From an uncultured Clostridia bacterium (lineage in GTDB: Bacteria > Bacillota > Clostridia > Christensenellales > DTU072), in the NCBI GenBank assembly GCA_944331875.1, contig CALVJA010000005.1:24134-88133 (forward strand): a DNA stretch of 64,000 bases, written 5' to 3'. Numbering within the stretch: position 1 is the first letter of the stretch; the number at the start of each line of letters is the position of its first letter. A model generated the notes under the pieces. The model ran no database searches, was not told where the DNA came from, and saw nothing but the letters and a program-made list of their open reading frames with translations. Below, one piece after another: positions 37,932 through 47,257 of this stretch. The translations under genes and the position numbers were made by a program.

Positions 37932-40900
37932 ATCGATAAAAAAGGTTTTGGTCATAGGATCCGGCCCGATAGTGATAGGTCAGGCGGCGGAATTCGATTA
38001 TGCGGGCACGCAGGCTTGCCGCGTACTGAAAGCGGAGGGGATAAAGGTGGTCCTCGTGAACTCGAACCCCGCCACCATCATGACCGACGCGGCGCTTGCG
38101 GACGCCATTTACACGGAGCCGTTGACCATCGAAACGGTAAAAAGGATAATCATAAAGGAAAAGCCCGATTCCGTCCTCGGCACGCTGGGCGGTCAGACGG
38201 GACTTACTCTGTCGATGCAGCTCGAAAAAGAGGGCTTCCTGAAAAAACACAACGTGCGCCTCATCGGCACGGGCGCCGAAGCGATATGCCTTGCCGAGGA
38301 CAGGGAGCTGTTCAAGGAAACGATGCAGTCTATCAATATGCCCTGCATCCCTTCGGACATCGCCTCCACGGTCGAGGAAGCGCTTCATGCGGCGGAAAAG
38401 ACGGGTTATCCCGTAATCGTACGCCCCGCGTTCACTTTGGGCGGGCACGGCGGCGGCGTCGCATACGATCCCGAGGGACTGAAGGAAGTCGCCGCGGGCG
38501 GCATAGACGCCTCCCCCATATCGCAGATATTGGTCGAAAGATACATCTACGGCTGGAAAGAGATAGAATTCGAGGCGGTGCGCGACAACATAGGAAACTG
38601 CATAGCTGTGTGCAGCATGGAAAACGTCGACCCCGTCGGCGTGCACACCGGCGACTCCGTCGTCGTGGCGCCCGCTCTGACGCTGTCGGACAAGGAATAC
38701 GAAATGCTGAGGACCGCGTCCATCGAGATCGTGTCGGCACTCGGGATACGCGGCGGCTGCAACTGCCAATTCGCGCTCGACCCCGATTCGATGCGTTTTG
38801 CGGTCATAGAGGTGAATCCGAGGCTGTCGCGCTCGTCCGCGCTCGCCAGTAAGGCGACGGGATATCCGATAGCGAAAGTGGCTACGCGCATAGCTTTAGG
38901 GTATGACCTGGACGAGATAAAAAACGAGGTGACGGGAAAGACCTGCGCCTGCTTCGAGCCCGCGATAGACTACGTCGTGTGCAAATTCCCGAAGTGGCCC
39001 TTCGATAAATTCGTGTATGCGGACAGGACTTTGGGCACGCAGATGAAGGCGACGGGCGAGGTGATGAGCATTGCGCCGAATTTCGAGGCGGCGATAATGA
39101 AAGCGGTCAGGGGCGCGGAGATAGGGCTCGATACCCTGAATATGCCCGCGCTTAGCGACATAGACGTCCGTAAAGCGCTCCGCGTGACGGACGACAGGCG
39201 CATATTCGTCATATTCAAAGCGCTCAAAGAGGGCGTAACGCCCGAGGAGATATTCGAGATAACGCGGGTGGATAAATTCTTCCTGTACAAGATGAAAAAC
39301 CTCGCGGAGTACGAGGCGAAGATTTCCTCGAAGGCGCTGACGAGAGAGGAGTATCTCGAAGGGAAACGTTTGGGGTATACGGACAAGGCGCTTGAACGCA
39401 TATCCGCTCATCCGGTACCCGAACATCGCCAAGCGGTATACAAAATGGTGGATACATGCGCCGCGGAGTTCGACGCGGAAACGCCGTACTTCTATGCCGC
39501 GTACTCGGACGAGGACGAGGCGGAAGCGCATATAGACCGCTCCAAAAAAAGCGTTCTGGTGCTGGGCTCCGGTCCCATTCGCATAGGGCAGGGCATAGAG
39601 TTCGATTATTCCAGCGTGCACTGCGCGTGGGCGATAAAAAAAGAGGGATACGAAGTCAGTATCATAAACAACAACCCGGAAACCGTATCCACCGATTTCG
39701 ACGTCGCGGACAGGCTCTATTTCGAGCCGCTGACTCCGGAGGACGTCGACAACGTGATAGCGGTCGAGCAGCCGATAGGCGTAGTGGTCGCGTTCGGCGG
39801 CCAGACCGCGATAAAGCTGACGAAGCACCTCGACGAAAAGGGGATAAAGGTCCTCGGGACGTCCGCCGACGGCATAGACATGGCGGAGGACAGGGAGCGT
39901 TTCGACAAACTCCTGGAAGAGGTCGGTTTCAAACGTCCGAAAGGATTCGGCGTCACCAATAAAACGGACGCCGTCGAAGTGGCTTCGGGGCTGGGGTATC
40001 CCGTTTTAGTGCGCCCCTCGTACGTCATCGGCGGTCAGAACATGACGATAGCGTACAACGATTTCGACGTCGAGGAGTATATGGATCTTATACTTTCGGC
40101 GGGAGCGGTCGATTCGCCGATACTCATCGATAAGTACCTGATGGGGACGGAGCTCGAAGTAGACGTCATCTCGGACGGCGAGGACGTTCTCCTTCCCGGC
40201 ATAATGCAGCACGTCGAGCGCGCCGGCGTTCATTCGGGGGACTCGATAGCGGTGTATCCGCCGTACAACATCGGCGACGTCATGCGCGAAAAGATAGTGG
40301 ACTGTTCGACAAGGCTCGCGCTCCTTTTGGGGACGAAAGGGCTTGTAAACATCCAGTATGTAATATACGAGAACGAGCTGTACGTCATCGAGGTCAACCC
40401 GAGAGCTTCGAGGACGATACCGTATCTGAGCAAAGTCACCGGCATACCCATGGTGGATATAGCCACGCACATCATGCTCGGCGGTAAACTGAAAGATTTC
40501 GATTACGGCACGGGACTTCACAAGACCGTACCTTACGTCACGGCGAAAGTGCCGGTGTTCTCTTTCGAGAAGCTGAGAAACGTCAACTCGATATTGGGAC
40601 CCGAGATGAAATCGACGGGCGAGGTGCTGGGAGTCGGCAAAAACCTGGTGGAAGCGCTTTTCAAGGGGCTCACCGCGGCGGGATTCAAAATAGATATCGA
40701 CAAACCCGACCGCGGCGTATACATGTCGGTCAGGGACGTCGACAAATACGACGCCATGCGCCTTGCCAAAAAGTTTTTGGACCTCGGCGTGACGATATAT
40801 GCCGACGGCTCGGCGGCGGAGGCGGTGAGGGAGCTCGGCAGCGACTGCGTAACGGTCACCGGCGACGGCATTTATCCGCTGCTTGAAGAGGGCAGGATAG

Positions 40901-41937
40901 ACTATATCGTCAGCACATGTCCGAATACCAAGCACTATGTGGACAATTATATAAAGCTCAGGACGCGCGCCATACAGCTCGGGGTCGCGTGCATGACCTC
41001 GCTGGACACCGCGAACGCTCTCGCGGATATCCTGGCTTCGCGATTCACCGAAAAGAACACCGAGCTCGTCGACCTGAACTCAATGAGGAAGGAGCGCCTG
41101 AAGATAGCGTTTTCGAAGATGCAATCGCTCGGGAACGACGGCGTTTATATCTACGATCCCGACCACTCGATAAACTGCCCCGAAAGCCTTTCGATACACT
41201 TTTCCGACCGCAACTTCGGTATAGGCTCCAACGGGCTCGCGGTCATATCGAAATCCGATATCGCCGACGCCAGGATGGATATTTATAATAAGGACGGCTC
41301 CGACGGAAGGATATCGGGAACGTCGCTAATATGCACGGGTAAATTCCTGTACGACCACGGATATGTGAAAAAAACCGATATCTCGATAGAAACGGCGTCG
41401 GGAGTGAGAAGGCTGGGGCTGTATCTCTCGGACGGCGTCGTCTCGGGGGTGACGGCGGATATGGGAGAACCGATATTTACCCCGGAGCTTATACCCTGCA
41501 CACTGGAGGGCGACAGGATAGTAGGTGAAAAAGTAAACGTGCGCGGCAGGGAATATACCGTCACCGCGCTGTCGCTAGGCAATCCGCACCTGGTGCTGTT
41601 TCAGGACAGGGTGGACGACATCGATATCGCTTCGGTGGGCCCCGCGTTCGAGTACGCGCCCTTCTTCCCGGAAAGGACCAACGTCGAATTCGTCCGCGTA
41701 GTCAATCCCACCACCCTCAAGATGCGCGTCTGGGAGCGCGCCAACGGCGAAACGCTCGCTTCGGGTACGGGGGCTTCCGCCTCCGTCGTGGCGGCGGTCC
41801 TAAACGGCTACGTCGAAAAGGGCGTTCCCGTCACCGTCAAAACAAGGGGCGGCGACGTAGTGGTGACCTACGACGGCAATACGGTGTCGCTGACCAGTTC
41901 CGCGCACCTCGTGTTCGAGGGCGTCATCAAGCTGTAA
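37918..41937 (+). CDS. carB: Carbamoyl-phosphate synthase large subunit fused in frame to a C-terminal DapF-like (diaminopimelate-epimerase-fold) domain
   Basis: 1339 aa, against ~1070 aa for typical CarB. Two ATP-grasp halves, an oligomerisation domain and an MGS-like allosteric domain are recognisable. Residues ~1061-1339 align by eye with DapF (MQSLGNDGVYIYD ... GNPHLVLF ... FPERTNVEF ... VWERANGETLASGTG). Confidence 0.9.
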   Translation: MPLDRSIKKVLVIGSGPIVIGQAAEFDYAGTQACRVLKAEGIKVVLVNSNPATIMTDAALADAIYTEPLTIETVKRIIIKEKPDSVLGTLGGQTGLTLSMQLEKEGFLKKHNVRLIGTGAEAICLAEDRELFKETMQSINMPCIPSDIASTVEEALHAAEKTGYPVIVRPAFTLGGHGGGVAYDPEGLKEVAAGGIDASPISQILVERYIYGWKEIEFEAVRDNIGNCIAVCSMENVDPVGVHTGDSVVVAPALTLSDKEYEMLRTASIEIVSALGIRGGCNCQFALDPDSMRFAVIEVNPRLSRSSALASKATGYPIAKVATRIALGYDLDEIKNEVTGKTCACFEPAIDYVVCKFPKWPFDKFVYADRTLGTQMKATGEVMSIAPNFEAAIMKAVRGAEIGLDTLNMPALSDIDVRKALRVTDDRRIFVIFKALKEGVTPEEIFEITRVDKFFLYKMKNLAEYEAKISSKALTREEYLEGKRLGYTDKALERISAHPVPEHRQAVYKMVDTCAAEFDAETPYFYAAYSDEDEAEAHIDRSKKSVLVLGSGPIRIGQGIEFDYSSVHCAWAIKKEGYEVSIINNNPETVSTDFDVADRLYFEPLTPEDVDNVIAVEQPIGVVVAFGGQTAIKLTKHLDEKGIKVLGTSADGIDMAEDRERFDKLLEEVGFKRPKGFGVTNKTDAVEVASGLGYPVLVRPSYVIGGQNMTIAYNDFDVEEYMDLILSAGAVDSPILIDKYLMGTELEVDVISDGEDVLLPGIMQHVERAGVHSGDSIAVYPPYNIGDVMREKIVDCSTRLALLLGTKGLVNIQYVIYENELYVIEVNPRASRTIPYLSKVTGIPMVDIATHIMLGGKLKDFDYGTGLHKTVPYVTAKVPVFSFEKLRNVNSILGPEMKSTGEVLGVGKNLVEALFKGLTAAGFKIDIDKPDRGVYMSVRDVDKYDAMRLAKKFLDLGVTIYADGSAAEAVRELGSDCVTVTGDGIYPLLEEGRIDYIVSTCPNTKHYVDNYIKLRTRAIQLGVACMTSLDTANALADILASRFTEKNTELVDLNSMRKERLKIAFSKMQSLGNDGVYIYDPDHSINCPESLSIHFSDRNFGIGSNGLAVISKSDIADARMDIYNKDGSDGRISGTSLICTGKFLYDHGYVKKTDISIETASGVRRLGLYLSDGVVSGVTADMGEPIFTPELIPCTLEGDRIVGEKVNVRGREYTVTALSLGNPHLVLFQDRVDDIDIASVGPAFEYAPFFPERTNVEFVRVVNPTTLKMRVWERANGETLASGTGASASVVAAVLNGYVEKGVPVTVKTRGGDVVVTYDGNTVSLTSSAHLVFEGVIKL
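41098..41934 (+). other. DapF-like domain of the CarB fusion, with both catalytic Cys positions occupied by Ser
   Basis: ISGTSLIC stands in place of the xCGNGxRC motif, and ETLASGTGASA stands in place of the ETxACGTGACA motif. Confidence 0.7.
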
Positions 41938-42433
41938 AGCTTGTAAATAATATCCCGCCTATGCACGCCGCCGTTACGACGGCGGCATAGACCGAAAGCG
42001 CTATTTCCGCTTTTCGGTCGCCGATATTCATAAAAGGGTATCCCGAAACTGCGCCTGCGATGAACGCGACGGCGCAGTTTATAATATGCAGAGGCAGTAC
42101 GGACGGGACGCCGAATATATCGACAAAGAGAAAGTCGAACATCACGACGGATACCGCGGCGGCGCCTGCGCCGACGGCTCCGGCGAGCGCGTATCCCGCT
42201 GCATTTTCACGCGCCCTAAGGAAGGCGTATCCCGCGCACCACAATATCAAAAAGGGATAGTAGACGATCTTCAGATGTTCCCACAGCGATTCGTTTACCG
42301 GCGCCACCGCGCCGATAACGGGAGAGGGTATAAGATCGTACAGAAAATGCCACGCCGAAGCGAGCGCCGTGCCCGCGAGCGGCAGAAGAGCGATATAAAC
42401 GACAAGTCTTTTTTGCGCACGCGTTGTTTCCAT
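41927..42433 (-). CDS. Hypothetical integral membrane protein (~5 TM)
   Basis: 168 aa, hydrophobic throughout, with a conserved-looking VNESLWEHLK segment. Its 3' end overlaps the carB fusion 3' end by 11 nt (convergent). Confidence 0.55.
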   Translation of the reverse strand: METTRAQKRLVVYIALLPLAGTALASAWHFLYDLIPSPVIGAVAPVNESLWEHLKIVYYPFLILWCAGYAFLRARENAAGYALAGAVGAGAAAVSVVMFDFLFVDIFGVPSVLPLHIINCAVAFIAGAVSGYPFMNIGDRKAEIALSVYAAVVTAACIGGILFTSFTA

Positions 42434-42641
42434 AACAAAAACAGTATGCCGAAAATGACGGCGTTAAAACGCGTCAAAGCCGTTTTGTACCTCATTATGT
42501 CTATTTCGCGCGCGGTGAGCGACCCCCGAATTTTTTGTTTCGACCCCGCTCAATCCGTTGACTTTACTTCGTAAAATCACTATAATTTCTATACTCCGCG
42601 ATTTCGGATATGCCCCGGCTTTGGGGGCTGAAAGGAGACGT

Positions 42642-44390
42642 ATGCATATTTTGAAGACTATTGCGAAAAGCGTCAAAGAGTACAAGCTTCCGTCGATACT
42701 GACGCCCGTATTCATCGTAGTCGAGGTGGTGATGGAGACGGTCATACCGATGATCATGTCGAGCCTCATCGACGAGTTCGGTCAGGGTATGGATCCTATA
42801 CTCAAATACGGCGCGATACTTTTGGCGATGGCTGTCGTGTCGCTGGTTTCCGGCATGCTTGCCGCGCGCTTTGCCGCGCGAGCTTCGACGGGACTTGCCG
42901 CAAACCTCAGGCGCGACATGTACTATTCGGTGCAGGACTTTTCATTCAAAGAGATAGACAAGTTCTCCGTTTCCAGTCTGGTCACGCGCATGACGACGGA
43001 CGTGACCAACGTACAAAACGCCTATCAGATGGTGATCCGCGGCGCGATACGCACGCCGCTGATGCTTATTTTCGCGTTCGCGATGGCGTTCAGTCTGAAC
43101 TGGGAAATAGCTCTCTGCTACCTCGCCGCAGTGCCGATAGTGGGCGTCGCGCTGTTTTTGATAGTGTTCAAGGTAATGCCTTATTTCCGCAGGAGCTTCC
43201 GCCGCTACGACGCTATGAACGCGTCCATTCAGGAAAACGTCCGCGCGATAAGGGTCGTTAAATCGTTCGTTACCGAGGACTACGAAAAGCAAAAATTCGC
43301 GCGCCACGTCGAGGACGTCAAGAACGACTTCACGCGCGCCGAAAAGATATTGGCGCTCAACAACCCCGTCATGATGTTTTCGATCTACACGATAATCATG
43401 ATAATCGCCGCCATCGGTTCTCAGATGATAATAAATTCGGGCGGCACCGCGTTGACGACGGGCGAGCTTACGGCGCTCATCGGCTATGCGGGACAGATTT
43501 TGGGCTCGATGATGATGCTTTCGATGATAATGGTCATGATCTCCATGTCCATCGAATCCGCAAAGCGTATCACCGAGGTCCTTGACACCAAGACCTCGAT
43601 AGTCTCCCCCGAAAACGGCATAGAGGACGTGCCGAACGGCGAGATAGTTTTCGACCGGGTCAGCTTCCGCTATTCCGAAAAGGCGGAGAGGAACGCTTTG
43701 GAGAACATCAACCTCACGATCCGTTCCGGCGAGACCGTGGGCATCATAGGCGGCACGGGCTCCTCCAAAAGCACTCTGATACAGCTGATACCGCGCCTTT
43801 ACGACGTCACCGAGGGCACTCTCACCGTGGGCGGCATAAACGTCAAGGATTACGACGTCAAGGCGCTCCGCGACGCCGTTTCGGTGGTGCTGCAGAAAAA
43901 CGTGCTGTTCGAAGGCAGCATTGCCGAAAACATCCGCTGGGGCAACAAGGACGCCTCGGACGAAGAGGTCAAGCGCGTTTGTGAGCTGGCGCAGGCGGCG
44001 GAGTTCATAAACGAATTTCCCGACAAATACGATACGCATATCGAACAGGGCGGCGCCAACGTCTCGGGCGGACAGAAACAGCGGCTTTGCATAGCGCGGG
44101 CGCTCCTGAAAAAACCTAAGATACTCATACTCGACGATTCGACGTCGGCGGTGGATACCAAAACGGACGCGCTGATACGCAAAGCGATGCGCGAGGAGAT
44201 CCCCGACACGACGAAGATAATCATCGCACAGAGAGTGGTCTCCGTCGAGGACGCGGACAAGATACTCGTCATGGACGGAGGCAGGATCGTGGACGTCGGC
44301 ACGCACGAGGAACTCTTGAAAACTTCCGCGATATACCGCGAAGTCTACGAATCGCAGACCAAGGGAAAGGAGGTAGAGGACAATGGCTGA
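42642..44390 (+). CDS. ABC exporter, fused TMD-NBD half-transporter (type I exporter, multidrug/lipid-like), subunit 1
   Basis: Start at ATG 42642 (AAAGGAG RBS). Six TM helices. Walker A GGTGSSKST, signature VSGGQKQR, Walker B LILDDSTSAVD. Confidence 0.85.
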   Translation: MHILKTIAKSVKEYKLPSILTPVFIVVEVVMETVIPMIMSSLIDEFGQGMDPILKYGAILLAMAVVSLVSGMLAARFAARASTGLAANLRRDMYYSVQDFSFKEIDKFSVSSLVTRMTTDVTNVQNAYQMVIRGAIRTPLMLIFAFAMAFSLNWEIALCYLAAVPIVGVALFLIVFKVMPYFRRSFRRYDAMNASIQENVRAIRVVKSFVTEDYEKQKFARHVEDVKNDFTRAEKILALNNPVMMFSIYTIIMIIAAIGSQMIINSGGTALTTGELTALIGYAGQILGSMMMLSMIMVMISMSIESAKRITEVLDTKTSIVSPENGIEDVPNGEIVFDRVSFRYSEKAERNALENINLTIRSGETVGIIGGTGSSKSTLIQLIPRLYDVTEGTLTVGGINVKDYDVKALRDAVSVVLQKNVLFEGSIAENIRWGNKDASDEEVKRVCELAQAAEFINEFPDKYDTHIEQGGANVSGGQKQRLCIARALLKKPKILILDDSTSAVDTKTDALIRKAMREEIPDTTKIIIAQRVVSVEDADKILVMDGGRIVDVGTHEELLKTSAIYREVYESQTKGKEVEDNG

Positions 44391-46311
44391 AAAAAGAAAA
44401 GGATCCGCAATGCCTTCGGGACCCTCGATACCCAAGGGCACGGCGATGCGCCTGTTGAAATACGTCTTTTCCGGATATAAAGCATACTGGATCGTCGTGA
44501 TGCTGTGCATCGCCGTTTCCGCTATATGCGGGGTCATAGCCCAGACGTATCTGCAGTCTCTTATCGACGACTGCATCATACCCGGCATCGAAAACGGTAT
44601 GGCGTCGGTGGCGGAGGACCTGTTGACGATATTGTGTACGATGGGCTCAATATATCTTGCGGGCGTGGTGTGTTCGTTCTTTTATACCCGCCTCGGCGCG
44701 ATAATCACCCAGGGCACGCTGAAGCGCTTCCGTATCGATATGTTCAACAAAATGGAAACGCTGCCCGTGAAATACTTCGACACCCACTCCTTCGGAGACA
44801 TTATGAGCACGTATACCAACGATACCGACGCGCTCCGTCAGATGATAGGGCAGTCGCTGCCGATGGTGTTCCAGAGCGCTCTGACGCTGACCGCGATATT
44901 CATCATGATGATAGTGTACAGCCTGTGGATGTTCCTTTTGGTCGTCGCCGTAATAGTCGTCATGCTGTTCGTGGTCAAGAAGTTCGCCGGCGGCTCCGCC
45001 AAATACATGCTTTCGCAGCAGCGCTCTCTCGCGACCGCCGAAGGTTACATCGAGGAAATGATGAACGGGCAGAAGGTCGTCAAGGTATTCAATCACGAGG
45101 AGGAAAGCAAACACAAGTTCGACGATCTGAACGAAAAACTGCGTTCCGATTCCTCCACGGCGCACGAATACGCCAATATCCTGATGCCGATACTGAACAA
45201 CATCGGCAACATCATGTATGTACTTTTAGCGGTGTTAGGGGGACTGTTGTTGACGTTTGAGGCTACCAATGTCGGACTTAACGGCATCGGCGTGATATCC
45301 GTCGGAACTATAGTGTACTTTTTGTCGGTGTCCCGTCAGATGGCGCAGACGATAGGTCAGACCTCGATGCAGGTAAACATGATAACGATGGGTCTTGCGG
45401 GTGCTGGAAGGATATTCGAGCTTATCGACGAGGTCAGCGAGACCGACGACGGTTACGTCACTTTGGTCAACGCCGCCGTGGACACGAGCGGAAATTTGGT
45501 CGAGAGCAAAGAGCGCACCGGCAAGTGGGCTTGGAAACACTTCCACAAAGCGACGGGCACCACGACTTACGTCGAGCTCAAAGGCAACATCGAGTTGTTC
45601 CAGGTCGACTTCGGCTACACCGACGACAAGATGGTGCTTCACGACGTCACGATAAACGCAAAGGCGGGCGAGAAATTCGCTTTCGTCGGGGCAACGGGCG
45701 CGGGAAAGACCACGATAACGAATCTGATAAACCGCTTCTACGACATCCAGGACGGCAAGATCCGCTACGACGGCATAAACGTCAACAAGATCAAAAAAGC
45801 GGACCTGAGGCGCTCCCTCGGCATGGTGCTGCAGGACACCAATCTGTTCACGGGCACGGTGGAGGAAAACATCCGCTACGGCAAGCAGGACGCCACCCAC
45901 GACGAAGTCGTCGCCGCGGCGCGGCTTGCGGGCGCGCACGATTTTATAACTAGGCTCCCGGACGGTTACAACACGATGCTTACCGGAAACGGCTCCGAAC
46001 TGTCGCAGGGACAGCGCCAGCTGGTATCGATAGCGCGCGCGGCGCTCACCGATCCGCCCGCCATGATACTCGACGAGGCGACGTCTTCCATAGACACGCG
46101 TACCGAAGCGCTCGTCCAGACGGGCATGGACAATCTGATGAAAGGAAGGACGGTATTCGTCATCGCGCACCGCCTGTCCACGGTCAGAAACTCCGATATG
46201 ATCATAGTCCTCGACCACGGCAGGATCATCGAACAGGGCACGCACGACGAACTCATATCCCGCCACGGGACATATTACGCGCTCTATACCGGAGCGTTTG
46301 AGTTAGAGTGA
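44383..46311 (+). CDS. ABC exporter half-transporter, subunit 2 (heterodimer partner)
   Basis: 642 aa, overlaps subunit 1 by 8 nt. Walker A GATGAGKTT, signature LSQGQRQ, Walker B ILDEATSSID. Confidence 0.85.
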   Translation: MAEKRKGSAMPSGPSIPKGTAMRLLKYVFSGYKAYWIVVMLCIAVSAICGVIAQTYLQSLIDDCIIPGIENGMASVAEDLLTILCTMGSIYLAGVVCSFFYTRLGAIITQGTLKRFRIDMFNKMETLPVKYFDTHSFGDIMSTYTNDTDALRQMIGQSLPMVFQSALTLTAIFIMMIVYSLWMFLLVVAVIVVMLFVVKKFAGGSAKYMLSQQRSLATAEGYIEEMMNGQKVVKVFNHEEESKHKFDDLNEKLRSDSSTAHEYANILMPILNNIGNIMYVLLAVLGGLLLTFEATNVGLNGIGVISVGTIVYFLSVSRQMAQTIGQTSMQVNMITMGLAGAGRIFELIDEVSETDDGYVTLVNAAVDTSGNLVESKERTGKWAWKHFHKATGTTTYVELKGNIELFQVDFGYTDDKMVLHDVTINAKAGEKFAFVGATGAGKTTITNLINRFYDIQDGKIRYDGINVNKIKKADLRRSLGMVLQDTNLFTGTVEENIRYGKQDATHDEVVAAARLAGAHDFITRLPDGYNTMLTGNGSELSQGQRQLVSIARAALTDPPAMILDEATSSIDTRTEALVQTGMDNLMKGRTVFVIAHRLSTVRNSDMIIVLDHGRIIEQGTHDELISRHGTYYALYTGAFELE

Positions 46312-46319
46312 GTTTTTTT

Positions 46320-46482
46320 GTGGCGGCTCAGCGGAAATTTTAACGCTTTGCGGCGTATCTTTTCCGCTACTGCTTTGAAAACTTCCTAGTTAAGACCCTC
46401 CGGGTATTAACGTCGGAAGTTTTCTTCGCATTAACGAAAAATCTCCGGCCGCAAAACGCTAAAATTTCCGCTTCACCGCCAC
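46320..46482 (-). repeat. 163-bp miniature element, inverted copy of 48588-48750 (4 mismatches by hand alignment)
   Basis: GTGGCGGCTCAGCGGAAATTTTAACG...CGCTAAAATTTCCGCTTCACCGCCAC. The interior is the reverse complement of the central-hairpin module. It starts 9 nt after the ABC exporter stop. Confidence 0.8.
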
Positions 46483-46527
46483 AGGACTGCTTAACGAAGT
46501 TTTCTCAAAAGATTGTAAGGAAGCCTA

Positions 46528-46690
46528 GTGTCGGTGAAGAAAAAATTTTGCTGTGGTACGGTGATGGATCTCGAATACAGACGAAGAAAGGCGGTGCCGC
46601 TAATACCCGTAGGGTCTTAGCAAACCGCCTTTCAATGTATGTATTCGTGAGACGCGCCGTAGCATAGTAAAATTTTAGCTGAATCGACAC
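46528..46690 (+). repeat. 163-bp miniature element, divergent copy with compensatory stem changes
   Basis: GTGTCGGTGAAGAAAAAATTTTGC...AGTAAAATTTTAGCTGAATCGACAC. The central hairpin is GAAAGGCGGT-GCCGCTAATACCCGTAGGGTCTTAGCAA-ACCGCCTTTC. Confidence 0.75.
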
Positions 46691-46699
46691 AAAAAAATT

Positions 46700-46773
46700 A
46701 GCTGCGGGGGTTTTCTTAGACGTAACGAAAATTCCACTGCCCTACGGAGCCGAAAATCGACTTTCACCGCCAC
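46700..46773. repeat. Right-half fragment of the 21070-21233-type element
   Basis: The ending GCCCTACGGAGCCGAAAATCGACTTTCACCGCCAC is identical to 21199-21233. It is followed by the ACGGCGCCGT palindrome, as at 21235. Confidence 0.65.
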
Positions 46774-46885
46774 TACGGCGCCGTTGGAACCTCTTGGCCC
46801 GAGGCGCTTATAAGGTTTCATCGAATTAAAGCAGTCAAAGCGACACGAAGCCATAAAATTAACATCAAATCGCGCTTGCGCCTCG

Positions 46886-47018
46886 ATCTTACGCTTCCCG
46901 GCGCCTTTTTCGCCGAAAGAAATTCCTTGGTTGCTTGGTTGAATTTCTTTCGGCGAGGCACCGCGCAAGCGCGGTGGAATTATACGGTTTGATTTTATTT
47001 AGCTCATTAGGAAGTATA
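46886..47018 (+). repeat. Second copy of the ~131-bp double-hairpin block (see 21346-21476)
   Basis: ATCTTACGCTTCCCGGCGCCTTTTTCGCCGAAAGAAATTCCTTGGTTGCTTGGTTGAATTTCTTTCGGCGAGGCACCGCGCAAGCGCGGTG... Confidence 0.75.
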
Positions 47019-47181
47019 GTGTCGGTGAAGAAAAAATTTTGGCATAAAGCGGCTGTGAATTTTTTGTTGCGGGGAAGGAAAACGGCGACGTTAATACCTG
47101 GAGGGTCTTAACTAGGAAGTTTTCAATGCAGTAGCGGAAAAGATACGCAGCAAAGCGTTAAAATTTTCGCTGAGCCGACAC
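47019..47181 (+). repeat. 163-bp miniature element
   Basis: GTGTCGGTGAAGAAAAAATTTTGG...CGTTAAAATTTTCGCTGAGCCGACAC, with central TAATACCTGGAGGGTCTTAACTA loop. Confidence 0.75.
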
Positions 47182-47240
47182 AAAAAGCCGCGGCGGAAAA
47201 GACGCGCCGCATTGTGTCAAAATTTTTGATGAGCCGACAC
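47182..47240. repeat. Truncated element (right terminus only)
   Basis: Ends in GTCAAAATTTTTGATGAGCCGACAC, like the right end of 21477-21639. Lies 18 nt from the Fic stop codon. Confidence 0.55.
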
Positions 47241-47257
47241 AAAAACATAACTAACAA

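Noticed and set aside
41050-41150. CarB-DapF junction as two separate genes or an annotation artefact
   Set aside because: The reading frame is continuous, with no stop, no internal RBS-plus-ATG pattern at the junction and no intergenic-looking sequence. An assembly error cannot be excluded from the sequence alone, so it is kept as a finding with that caveat.
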